Made by a program: the position numbers and the translations under genes
The notes under the pieces: generated by a model
Seen by the model: the letters and a program-made list of their open reading frames with translations, nothing else
Told to the model about the DNA's origin: nothing
Database searches by the model: none
Shown here: piece by piece, positions 1 through 8,871 of the stretch
How the letters are laid out: each line of letters begins with the position of its first letter
How positions within the stretch are numbered: position 1 is the first letter of the stretch
IMG/VR virus record: IMGVR_UViG_3300005077_000086
Location: 1-36,189 of that record
From: a virus
Taxonomy: Duplodnaviria; Caudoviricetes
Reading direction: 5' to 3' (one strand)
Length of the DNA stretch: 36,189 bases

Positions 1-2
1 AT

Positions 3-77
3 GGAATACATGAAACAGACTACAGGCTGTATAATCGAGCTATGAAGTTAATTGATAAGAATTATGAACCAGAATAA
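3..77 (+). CDS. 3' fragment of a cassette ORF truncated by the contig start (…GIHETDYRLYNRAMKLIDKNYEPE*)
   Basis: Open frame ending in TAA at 75-77, just before the attC-like site at 91; 5' end lies outside the window. Confidence 0.4.
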   Translation, partial: GIHETDYRLYNRAMKLIDKNYEPE

Positions 78-90
78 GACCGTGCAAATT

Positions 91-190
91 TCATATAACT
101 ATTCAAGCGTGATCCGATGTGACCGGAACGAGATGTTAATGTCAACAAAACGATATAATCCGGTCATATTGGATACGCTTTGTTATATGA
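91..190. mobile_element. attC-like recombination hairpin (site F)
   Basis: TCATATAAC(91-99)…GTTATATGA(182-190) outer inverted repeat; inner stem AAGCGTgATCCGATGTGACCGGA / TCCGGTCATATTGGATACGCTT with one extrahelical G. Confidence 0.8.
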
Positions 191-257
191 CGTGGCGATT
201 GAAGCAAAAAAATTATTTAGTGTGAGGCAGGACGCCGAACACGTAGGGAGGATTAGA

Positions 258-968
258 ATGTCAGAAAAAATAATAGATAAAAATTATGGAAGCATACCTC
301 ATTTATCGACAAGTAAATTGACGCAACAAGCTGACAAGAAAATACATGAAGGTCAGGAAAAAATATTAACAGAAAAAGAAAGAGACTGGAAAGATACAAT
401 AATAATTACTGAAAAAATAGATGGGTCGAATGTCGGTGTAATTAAAAAGGATGGTCGGTTGATTGCTCTATCGAGAGCTGGATATGATGTTAATAGTTCA
501 CCATACGATCAGCATAAATTATTTTATAAATATGTTTATAATAATGTGTCAATGTTTTCATGGCTTCCTGATGGATGGCGTGTTGTGGGAGAGTGGTGCA
601 TAATGGCACATGGGACGATTTATGATATATCAGGTGAAAGCCCGTTCGTTGCATTTGATATTGTGAATCAAGAAGACGAAAGAATAACATATATTGATTT
701 TATAAAAATATGTTCTAAATATTCAATTCCGACAGTCCCGCTTTTACATATAGGGCAGGCAGTTAGCATTAAAAATGCTGTTAAGCTAATGGGCAGTGGT
801 CACTACGGAAAACCGGACAAACCAGAAGGTTTCGTTTGTCGGGTTGAAAGAGAGGGTAAGGTCGATTTTTTGGCAAAGTGGGTTAGACATGACAAAGAAG
901 ACGGGAAATATCTTGATAATATTATATGGAACACGGGTAGCGAGCCATGGAGGGCGAGCCAGAGTTAA
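258..968 (+). CDS. ATP-dependent RNA ligase family protein (Rnl2-like nucleotidyltransferase), cassette cargo
   Basis: Motif I TEKIDGSN (KxDG), GEW, FVAFDI, EGFV, terminal AKWV; start moved to ATG 258 after GGGAGG; bracketed by GTTATATGACGTGGC(182-196)/GCCATGTCATATAAC(969-983). Confidence 0.8.
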   Translation: MSEKIIDKNYGSIPHLSTSKLTQQADKKIHEGQEKILTEKERDWKDTIIITEKIDGSNVGVIKKDGRLIALSRAGYDVNSSPYDQHKLFYKYVYNNVSMFSWLPDGWRVVGEWCIMAHGTIYDISGESPFVAFDIVNQEDERITYIDFIKICSKYSIPTVPLLHIGQAVSIKNAVKLMGSGHYGKPDKPEGFVCRVEREGKVDFLAKWVRHDKEDGKYLDNIIWNTGSEPWRASQS

Positions 969-1037
969 GCCATGTCATATAACAGTTGGTGTGCGTCTGT
1001 TTTGACGTATATTATAAAAAAATAGGAGAATAAACGA

Positions 1038-1430
1038 ATGTTCATCCGAAAATCAAAAATACAATCTCATATTAACAATGTCCGAGAGGCTGAAAAGCAC
1101 AGACAAGAAAGAATATGGAATAAAAAAATTGATGAGCTCATACGGCAGCACAAAAGAGACATAATACAATTAAAAGGACTTCATTATAAAAAAATAGCGG
1201 AGAAGAATAACGAGATAAAAAAAGCCCGCGAAGGCTGGTTTTTGTATAAACAGAAAGCACTTGAATTATTCGAGAACATACAGAAAGTTAGTAATCTGTT
1301 GTGTGTCTATACCAGGAATACTGCCGATATGTATAAAACATCACAACAAATATCAGAAAGCATGGAGCGGGCTGAAAGGTTTATATTGAGTAATGAATCG
1401 AAAGTCAATAAATTATTGGGGGTTGAATGA
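1038..1430 (+). CDS. hypothetical basic coiled-coil protein
   Basis: 130-aa ORF with GGAG RBS; heptad-like Lys/Glu/Ile pattern. Confidence 0.6.
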   Translation: MFIRKSKIQSHINNVREAEKHRQERIWNKKIDELIRQHKRDIIQLKGLHYKKIAEKNNEIKKAREGWFLYKQKALELFENIQKVSNLLCVYTRNTADMYKTSQQISESMERAERFILSNESKVNKLLGVE

Positions 1431-1467
1431 TGAACGTATTTGAAATAAATATAAAAACATTTTTTAT

Positions 1468-1496
1468 TTGACATTTATAATAATAATTGATATATT
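1468..1496 (+). promoter_or_regulatory. sigma70-type promoter of the moron-like gene
   Basis: TTGACA(1468-1473)-17 bp-TATATT(1491-1496) in an AT-rich intergenic region. Confidence 0.75.
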
Positions 1497-1520
1497 GATA
1501 TTGGTTAATGGAGGTACACT

Positions 1521-1910
1521 ATGAAAAAAATATTTACAGTTATTATCAGTCTTTTAATTATCAGTGCTTCTGCCGAGAAGATCAACTGGAATAAAGTCAT
1601 TATTGGTAAGTGGCTATGTAAAAATGTGTTGTTATGGGAAGAGCACTCTGTTGAAGATTTAATTTTTGAATTCAGAAAAAATAATAAAATGATTATTTAT
1701 TATAAAAATAATTCAATACACGGAACAGGAATTTTTAAAATAAAAAATAATATTATCCAATTCGGAACAAAAGAAAGTCAATCATATGAATTATTTGATT
1801 ATAATAACAATGAAATAATTCTCAATATAATAAAAGGTAAAAATGAGGTATTTACTTGTGAAGAAGATGGTAATTTTCCATCATCATTTACATTCATTAA
1901 AATAAAGTAG
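1521..1910 (+). CDS. exported protein with signal peptide, possibly lipocalin-like beta-barrel (moron-like)
   Basis: MKK + hydrophobic stretch + ASA cleavage motif; IIGKW motif; own promoter and GGAGG RBS; very AT-rich. Confidence 0.65.
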   Translation: MKKIFTVIISLLIISASAEKINWNKVIIGKWLCKNVLLWEEHSVEDLIFEFRKNNKMIIYYKNNSIHGTGIFKIKNNIIQFGTKESQSYELFDYNNNEIILNIIKGKNEVFTCEEDGNFPSSFTFIKIK

Positions 1911-2259
1911 CTCCTGCGATACTCCCGGCGATAATACAGGCTACTCCTATTCCAACATAAAACTTCCAGTTTTCTGCTGAACCTGCGTCCAGAGTAAATT
2001 CCCTTGACCAATCACGTTCACATAATCCCGCGTTTACAGTAAAAACGCTGTTTTTAAGCCCTCCTGTGAGCCTCGGTTCGCTCAGGTCATAACACATCAA
2101 CCTGTCGATTAAAACCTCTCTCCGTTCATTATATGCAGTCTGGTGCGGTTTCCAGCGTATCTCTGTTTGTTTTACTATTTTTATCTCTGGTTCAGGTTCA
2201 GAAAAAAATCCTGACAATCCTATCAATAAACCAATGATAAATGTAATTATATATTTCAT
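1897..2259 (-). CDS. membrane protein with N- and C-terminal hydrophobic helices (possible spanin-like lysis accessory)
   Basis: ATG 2259 with GAGG RBS; MKYIITFIIGLLIGLSGFF and FYVGIGVACIIAGSIAGATLF; last gene of the late operon; function is inference. Confidence 0.5.
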   Translation of the reverse strand: MKYIITFIIGLLIGLSGFFSEPEPEIKIVKQTEIRWKPHQTAYNERREVLIDRLMCYDLSEPRLTGGLKNSVFTVNAGLCERDWSREFTLDAGSAENWKFYVGIGVACIIAGSIAGATLF

Positions 2260-3032
2260 AATATCCTCTGTCTCTTTAACTGGTTGAATGTCCATCGTGC
2301 TTTATAATCTCCATCAGTTCTATAACATATATCAATATCAGCTATATTTTTATATAAATTTTTCCATGTTTTTTTTATTGTATCTCCTCTGGAAGTGGCA
2401 ATAAACGAGTCATATATTTCTATGAGTTCATGTGTCTCACTGTATTTTATGACTGCATTTTTATTCCCTGTTATTGAGTATGGATAATCCCATAATTTCA
2501 GTGAACAGGCAAAGCCTTTCGGTTTTTCAAAGTGCCGGCCAGATTCCATGCCGATAATCAACTCTTCCTCATCAACGCCGGATAATTCAATTACCGCGTA
2601 TAGAACATCCGGCAGAATGTTAAACCGTATTCTATCATAATAAAATTTACCGTCTTTAATTATTACATCAAGAGTAATAAATCCACGGTAATTTTCTGCT
2701 GAAAATCTGCCGATTAACCGTTCAAATATTGTCTGTATTTTTTTAATTTTACCAGGAAATACTGTAATACAATTCGACCCTATGTTCGGGCCTTGTGATC
2801 CATTGAGTAATTTATTATCATTGATTATTACCGTCCAGAACGAAAATTCTTCGCCGTTCCAGAATGCTGTAAATCCAGCGTCAATACCGTTAATTTTTTC
2901 AATAAGAAGTTTTCCGTCTCTGATAAACTCGCCGTCTATTTCCGCACTGTTATATCGTATTCTCGGAACATCAAGACCAACATCATAGGCGGTAGCAATC
3001 TCGTACTCTCTCCGTTGCAGGTCTGCTATCAT
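2256..3032 (-). CDS. degenerate PurD/GARS-like ATP-grasp protein
   Basis: LLIEKINGID…FWNGEEF…KLLNGSQGPNIGS…YRGFITLDVII…YRTDG resemble PurD EExLxGxE, KRxxxGDxGPNTGG and YRxDIG motifs. Confidence 0.6.
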   Translation of the reverse strand: MIADLQRREYEIATAYDVGLDVPRIRYNSAEIDGEFIRDGKLLIEKINGIDAGFTAFWNGEEFSFWTVIINDNKLLNGSQGPNIGSNCITVFPGKIKKIQTIFERLIGRFSAENYRGFITLDVIIKDGKFYYDRIRFNILPDVLYAVIELSGVDEEELIIGMESGRHFEKPKGFACSLKLWDYPYSITGNKNAVIKYSETHELIEIYDSFIATSRGDTIKKTWKNLYKNIADIDICYRTDGDYKARWTFNQLKRQRIL

Positions 3033-3035
3033 ATT

Positions 3036-6000
3036 TTATCTCCTGTATTTTTTTGCTGCCTCTCTGTATTTTGAACTGTATTTCTTTCCCGCTTCCCTGT
3101 AATAATCAGCCGCTGTTTTCGGTTTCTCATACATAAAATCAGGTACAGTTTTGTCCCAGAATTTTTCAGGCAATCCGTCAGTTACTAATTTTGTTGCTGG
3201 AAATACATCTTGTATTCCTTCAACTTCTCTTTTTCCGGATATTATATCTTTTAATGTCCTTCCCCATATCGGAGTATATGACGCTGCCACTCCTGCCATG
3301 TGTCTGAATTTATCAGGAGTTTCTTTTTTCTTCACAGAATCAACAATACCGAATATAAGCGATAACGCATCACCGTGAGCAGCACCCATGTGAGTATCTT
3401 TGTAATTAATTGTTGATAACATCCACTCGAACGTACCCAATGTCCCTGCGACTCCTATTGATTTCCATATCCAGTCCCAGGCGTCTTTCGGCAAATCACG
3501 TCCCGATATTAAGGATCGTGCAAGAATAACAGGCTGTGCCCCTATTCCTGCTGCAATAAGCAGTTTTGTCATTGGCAGAAGATTACCCATTTTTGCTTCC
3601 TGCCATACAACATCTCTTATGGTATGCTTTGTTTTTTCATAAGAGAATGACTTAAACTGTGTCAATACCCGCATCCATGGAGATTTATTGAATATTTCAG
3701 GAAGGTCTTCAAAGTGCGCACGGTAGTTTGTATTGACTTCCATCTGCCGTGCCATACGCATTTTATCAGCTTCAGTCAAAAAATATTTTCCATTGGCATC
3801 TTTCGACAATTTACCGAGGGACATATCAACACGTTCCATCCTGTTAATAAACATTCTCGCCCGGTGTATCGACATCTTTTCACCTGCCGATAATCTCAAT
3901 CCTGAATTCTCTGCCATCTTGTTAAACTTTCTCCATGATCCGGCAGTATTCAGTCTATCTGCGAGTTTCAATGTTTTCGCATCGTATGTATTGACTTTAT
4001 CTACCAGTGCCTCTGCATGAAATAATCCTGTCATTATACCTATATATCGAGACCGTATATCAGCAGACCTGAATTTAGTCAGTTTTAAAAATCCCTGCCC
4101 CGTGGTTGACTCTCCATACAATGATCCAAGAATTGTCTTATGTGCTACCCTGAGAGAAGACGTTGCTCTGTTTGAGAACTCTTTCGCCTGTTCCCTTGTC
4201 ATGGTTTTACTGATTCCAGACATTGCACTCAAAGCCTTAAAATATGACTTCGCTGAAGAATGAACAAGCGGTTCCAGCATCTGTGTAATCTGTCCAAGCT
4301 GAGAAAGCCCCATCTTTGATACTATTTCAAAATTTATTATTTTATTCGCCAACCATTGAGACTCAAGATCAGTTGGTCTGTTTCTGTTTGATACAGTATC
4401 AGCAAGGTCAACCGCACGTTTCATTATCCCTTCCGCTGTTCGGGGATCATACCGTGTTCCGGCTTCCATGTTTATATCAATTAATAAATTTTTCAATATA
4501 CTATCATCAGCACCGAAAGCCCGTGCCCGGGCCACCCTGTTTCCTGCGTCCTCAAAATATTCCATCATTATTTCGACAGGCTTTTCAGTATAATAAAACT
4601 TTTCAGGCATATTCTTGAATTCACGAGTAATTTGAAATGATGACATTTTTTCATATTTTCCCGTGCTTGAATCAACATCTGTTTTACTTTTTAAATATTC
4701 AAGTGCACGTTCAATGTTTGCTTTTTTTGCATCAAGAGCATAATCAACTTCAACTTTAGAATCTGGATACATCCTCTGTAATTCTTCACCCATCCATTCA
4801 AGAAACTCTGCCCTGTTTTTACCGCCTTCTTGAAATTCTGGTTTAATAACATGACGATAATATGTCTGTAATTCTTCAACGGTAAGTCCATATTTTTTAA
4901 GTTCAGCAACAACAGATTTATTTATTGTATCAAGTTCAGTTGCAAGCTGAACAACACGTTCAGATGGTTGACCTGCCACTTCATTATATCGTTCAGGTGT
5001 TAGGTCAAGAAAACGTATTGCCTGTTTCTGTTCTTCTGGTGTATATTTTTTTACAGCATTATCAAAATCCTGCATCCAGTTCGCGGCGTATTGTTCCTCA
5101 TAAAGCCTCATGTTTTTAATTACTTTATCCATGAGCGCTCCGGCTTTTGTTTCCTTCGCTACCATCGCACCTCTTGACGTAACGAATGTTTTATTAAATA
5201 ACTTATATGCTCTGTTAATTTCATCCATTGTTGTTTCTGACTTCAAATTTCCGGCAGCGACATCCTCTGCTATTTTTAATATAGCAGGGTCTTCTGAAAA
5301 TGACTGACGTATTTCTCTTGCCGTATCCTCTGTGACAAAATTCTGTCCCAATATTTCACGTTCTTTTGCCTGAAGTTTTTCAAGTTCAATAGCTTTGTCT
5401 GCTTCTTTAATATCACTTCTCACTACTTCACGTCTTTTTGCTTCAATCTCTTTCAACACCTGCGTCTGTGCCGCTGTTTTTTCTATCCGGGTTCTGCGCT
5501 CTGTTGCTTTTTCTGCTATCATTGAATCATATTCAGCCTTAGACCACCTCCCCCATTCCGGTTGATTGTCATAGCTTTTATATTCGTTTTCAATGTTTCT
5601 GAACACTTCATATTCAAAGTCATTCAATTGTGTCATTATATCATGATAATCAGGATCATAACGCCGAGTCAATTCTGCCTGTACTTTTCTTAATACTTCC
5701 TGCTGGTATCGTGGTTTGAGATTAACAAAATCAGGATTTTCCAGTGAACCTTTGTCCAGGTTTCCAAAGTCATTGTATATCGAAACAGGGTCTTGCAACC
5801 TGTCAATTGAATCCAACATTGTCTGAACAGAAGAATCGATCTTTTCCCTGATCTTCGGTTGGGAACCACGCCTCATCATTTCTCGAATATCAAAACTTTC
5901 TGCTTTATCTTTTTTTACTTCCTGTGCTTTTTTCGCGCTTTCCTCAATAAATGCTTTCGCGCTTTCAGGACTTTTTAATATATCAACAAGAACTTTTCTT

Positions 6001-7217
6001 TCAATATTCATCTGTTCAGCAATATCTCCAGGTACAAGATTTCTTTCCCGTGCCACTTCTTTCAGTATTCTCTCTGCCTTCGGTATCGCTCTGAATGTTC
6101 TTAGTGTTCCTATTGTTGCCAGATTAAGAATAAAATTTTCTTTCGTTATTTCATCGCCATGGAGTGCCGCACTAACACCAGTCATCAATGCCGTTTCTGC
6201 AGGAATATCAAGTGCTGTTTTCGTTACTTTTTCTGCTCTCAACGCTTTATTCACCGCGTCTTCAATTACTTCATTTCTGTTTACTGCTTTACGTTTTACT
6301 GCCCTTTCAATATTTTTAGCATATACAGATTTACCAACACCGCTGGCAACTCTTTCAATGAGTGCGGCACCTCCGCCAATAGCGGCCCCCATACCGAAAC
6401 CCTTCAATCCCTCGATACCAGCAGAAGCCAAATCAACAGGCAGCCCGGCATTTACATCGTCAAGGGCCCTTCCAGCAGCCCCATGTGTTCCAAACGCCAT
6501 CCCTCCCGTTGCGATTTTTCCAGCGATTGCAGGAAGCCCTTTTGTCGCAAGACCTCCTATTGCTCCACCAGCAGCGAATACAGGTGCGTCAGTCGCTATA
6601 CTTCCAACAGTATGTGCAAGTTTTTCAGGTAATGTCTGTGGCTGATACTGATAGCCAGAGGGATGCAGTTCAGTTATTCCGAGTGCCTGGAGACCTTTCC
6701 CGACAACAGAACTTTCCGGTGAGTTAAATATTGCAGGAAGAACACCTCTGTCCTTTTCCTCTTTCCATCGAATAAAATCTGCCTTTTCTCTGGGTGTTGC
6801 ATCTGACCAGTCTCCAAGAGGGCCCTTCTTTATTCTCTTTTCGATATAGTTTTTTGTCGCATCTGTATTTGAAAAATGGCCAATCCAATCAATGGGCTTT
6901 TCTTCTATTTCTGCCGATGGCTCTGGTGGGCCTACAAAATCACTGAACCGTTCTGGATCATATTTTTTTTCAAGCTGAAATTCTTCACGTTCACGAGCCA
7001 GAGATTCATTCCGCATCTGACGAAGCGGATTATCATCGCTCTGCCATTTCTCCTGTGCAAATTCGACACCTCTGTCTACCTTCCCCCCGGCCCATCCAAC
7101 AGCACTTTCAAACAGGTCTATCGGGTTCCAGTTGTATTCTGGACTTTCTTCTTTTTCTGGTTCATCGGGAGAAATAACTCCTGCCGCGATTAAAAGATTT
7201 CTTTCTTTTTCTGTCAT
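3036..7217 (-). CDS. large internal virion / DNA ejection protein
   Basis: 1393 aa; Gly/Ala-rich hydrophobic segment followed by long helical region; distal position in a podovirus late operon. Confidence 0.65.
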   Translation of the reverse strand: MTEKERNLLIAAGVISPDEPEKEESPEYNWNPIDLFESAVGWAGGKVDRGVEFAQEKWQSDDNPLRQMRNESLAREREEFQLEKKYDPERFSDFVGPPEPSAEIEEKPIDWIGHFSNTDATKNYIEKRIKKGPLGDWSDATPREKADFIRWKEEKDRGVLPAIFNSPESSVVGKGLQALGITELHPSGYQYQPQTLPEKLAHTVGSIATDAPVFAAGGAIGGLATKGLPAIAGKIATGGMAFGTHGAAGRALDDVNAGLPVDLASAGIEGLKGFGMGAAIGGGAALIERVASGVGKSVYAKNIERAVKRKAVNRNEVIEDAVNKALRAEKVTKTALDIPAETALMTGVSAALHGDEITKENFILNLATIGTLRTFRAIPKAERILKEVARERNLVPGDIAEQMNIERKVLVDILKSPESAKAFIEESAKKAQEVKKDKAESFDIREMMRRGSQPKIREKIDSSVQTMLDSIDRLQDPVSIYNDFGNLDKGSLENPDFVNLKPRYQQEVLRKVQAELTRRYDPDYHDIMTQLNDFEYEVFRNIENEYKSYDNQPEWGRWSKAEYDSMIAEKATERRTRIEKTAAQTQVLKEIEAKRREVVRSDIKEADKAIELEKLQAKEREILGQNFVTEDTAREIRQSFSEDPAILKIAEDVAAGNLKSETTMDEINRAYKLFNKTFVTSRGAMVAKETKAGALMDKVIKNMRLYEEQYAANWMQDFDNAVKKYTPEEQKQAIRFLDLTPERYNEVAGQPSERVVQLATELDTINKSVVAELKKYGLTVEELQTYYRHVIKPEFQEGGKNRAEFLEWMGEELQRMYPDSKVEVDYALDAKKANIERALEYLKSKTDVDSSTGKYEKMSSFQITREFKNMPEKFYYTEKPVEIMMEYFEDAGNRVARARAFGADDSILKNLLIDINMEAGTRYDPRTAEGIMKRAVDLADTVSNRNRPTDLESQWLANKIINFEIVSKMGLSQLGQITQMLEPLVHSSAKSYFKALSAMSGISKTMTREQAKEFSNRATSSLRVAHKTILGSLYGESTTGQGFLKLTKFRSADIRSRYIGIMTGLFHAEALVDKVNTYDAKTLKLADRLNTAGSWRKFNKMAENSGLRLSAGEKMSIHRARMFINRMERVDMSLGKLSKDANGKYFLTEADKMRMARQMEVNTNYRAHFEDLPEIFNKSPWMRVLTQFKSFSYEKTKHTIRDVVWQEAKMGNLLPMTKLLIAAGIGAQPVILARSLISGRDLPKDAWDWIWKSIGVAGTLGTFEWMLSTINYKDTHMGAAHGDALSLIFGIVDSVKKKETPDKFRHMAGVAASYTPIWGRTLKDIISGKREVEGIQDVFPATKLVTDGLPEKFWDKTVPDFMYEKPKTAADYYREAGKKYSSKYREAAKKYRR

Positions 7218-8635
7218 TCTATATCAAAAATTGATCTGTCTCTTAATTGAAAAGTTTTATTTTTTTGATTATACAATAATATTTTATCATCAGCAAACGG
7301 ATGGTCTTTATATAAATAGGCTCTTCCGTTTGCCCTATGCTCCTTAATTCCCTTCTCGGCAAGTCTTTTTCTTTCAGCATCGTATGAGCTAATCAAATCA
7401 TCCTGTTCATCAAAATACTCATCAATGTCTTCTTGTGTTTTCATGTCTTCTTCATTCCTAACACTATCAACAATATCTGCATCTTTTTCATTTTTATACA
7501 CATCTTTGTTGCCAGTTGTTATTTTTCCTTTTTTCAGTATCCACTTTTTGAATTCACCTTTCTTCATCCCGCCAAGTTTTTCGGGATCCATTTCGTTTAT
7601 CTGATTGTATATTTGATCTGCCATTTGCGGAGTTTCCAGTCCTTTCGTTACATAAAAAGTACCATTAATTCCGGGAACTTGAACAGGAATAGTATTCCCC
7701 CTTCTCGTGCTCCCACCGCTAAATCTTTTTTTATAATAATCATTAAACTGCATGGCGGAAGGACGACTTACCGGGTTCCATCCGAACGTGCTGGTCATAT
7801 TCCGTTCTTTTGTCGTAAAATTATTATACCATTTTGTTGCTTCATTGAGATATTTTTTGTTTCCAGTTCTATCATATTCTTCAAGATTATACTGTATTAA
7901 TTCATTATGTAAATCCTGATTCGCAGATAATACATCATCAGCGTTCCCGGTGAAACTTTCAACATTCAATTTTTTAAGATCATTCCAGCGTTGAACATTT
8001 TTATCGTAACGATTTTTTCTATAATTTTGTATATCAGCTTTTCGATACGCTTCATCATTTTCAAGATCAACCCGCCTCAAACCTCCATCAGATTGTTTAA
8101 AATTCCCATATTGTATATTGCCAGTATTAGCATCAACTTTCGCCATTCTGTTTTCGCGATACTGTTTTATTTTATTCGGATCAGTACCGAGCATTTGCGC
8201 CCGCTCCACGTCCTTAAGATGTATTGCCCTGTCTAATATATCACCTTGTTTTTTTATATCTCTCAAAGAAAGTTCTCCGGCGTTTATATCGAGAAAATCT
8301 TTCTCTGCGTCTTGAATTTTATTCTGGTCAAGATAACCCTGAATCTCTCTATACTGTGCCATCTTTGCCCTTTCTTCAGGGCTATATGTGGCAAGTATTT
8401 TCTGTGCTCCACTTAATTCTGGTTCCGGCCCATACCGTTTTAAATTTGAATCTATCAATTTATCTATTGCAGATTTATTTGTATTCTGGAATTCAATGTC
8501 ATCAACATTTTTTCCCATCCTAAGATCATCCTGGCGTTTACGTTGAAGCAGCCCGCCAAGACCAACCATGGTATTTACACCAGACATAAAATCACGAATG
8601 GCTGTATTTTCTCGTGGATAAATTATTGTTGCCAT
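7214..8635 (-). CDS. probable internal virion (ejection) protein
   Basis: 473-aa hydrophilic helical ORF overlapping the next gene by ATGA; operon position. Confidence 0.55.
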   Translation of the reverse strand: MATIIYPRENTAIRDFMSGVNTMVGLGGLLQRKRQDDLRMGKNVDDIEFQNTNKSAIDKLIDSNLKRYGPEPELSGAQKILATYSPEERAKMAQYREIQGYLDQNKIQDAEKDFLDINAGELSLRDIKKQGDILDRAIHLKDVERAQMLGTDPNKIKQYRENRMAKVDANTGNIQYGNFKQSDGGLRRVDLENDEAYRKADIQNYRKNRYDKNVQRWNDLKKLNVESFTGNADDVLSANQDLHNELIQYNLEEYDRTGNKKYLNEATKWYNNFTTKERNMTSTFGWNPVSRPSAMQFNDYYKKRFSGGSTRRGNTIPVQVPGINGTFYVTKGLETPQMADQIYNQINEMDPEKLGGMKKGEFKKWILKKGKITTGNKDVYKNEKDADIVDSVRNEEDMKTQEDIDEYFDEQDDLISSYDAERKRLAEKGIKEHRANGRAYLYKDHPFADDKILLYNQKNKTFQLRDRSIFDIE

Positions 8636-8646
8636 AAATCCTCTCT

Positions 8647-8871
8647 TTATCTCCTCATTAATCGTGGATCAATATTTCTTCCTATTTGTCCCTGTATCAT
8701 GTCACCCTGCACAAGTCCCTGCAATCCAGGAATATTTTGTGTCGCCATCTGCTGAGAAGCTGCACCAGCCCCAACACCCGGGTTCATTTTATTCATAAAT
8801 CTTCCAAGCATCATTATTTCATTTAATCCAAATCTATTCTGTTTTTGTGGTTTCTGTATTATTTGTGCCAT
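8647..8871 (-). CDS. small Gln/Gly/Met-rich virion-associated protein
   Basis: 74-aa ORF with GGAGG RBS, filling the gap between ejection genes. Confidence 0.5.
   Translation of the reverse strand: MAQIIQKPQKQNRFGLNEIMMLGRFMNKMNPGVGAGAASQQMATQNIPGLQGLVQGDMIQGQIGRNIDPRLMRR

Noticed and set aside
180-257. TTG-initiated N-terminal extension of the RNA ligase
   Set aside because: It starts inside the att hairpin arm without an RBS; ATG 258 has a strong GGGAGG.
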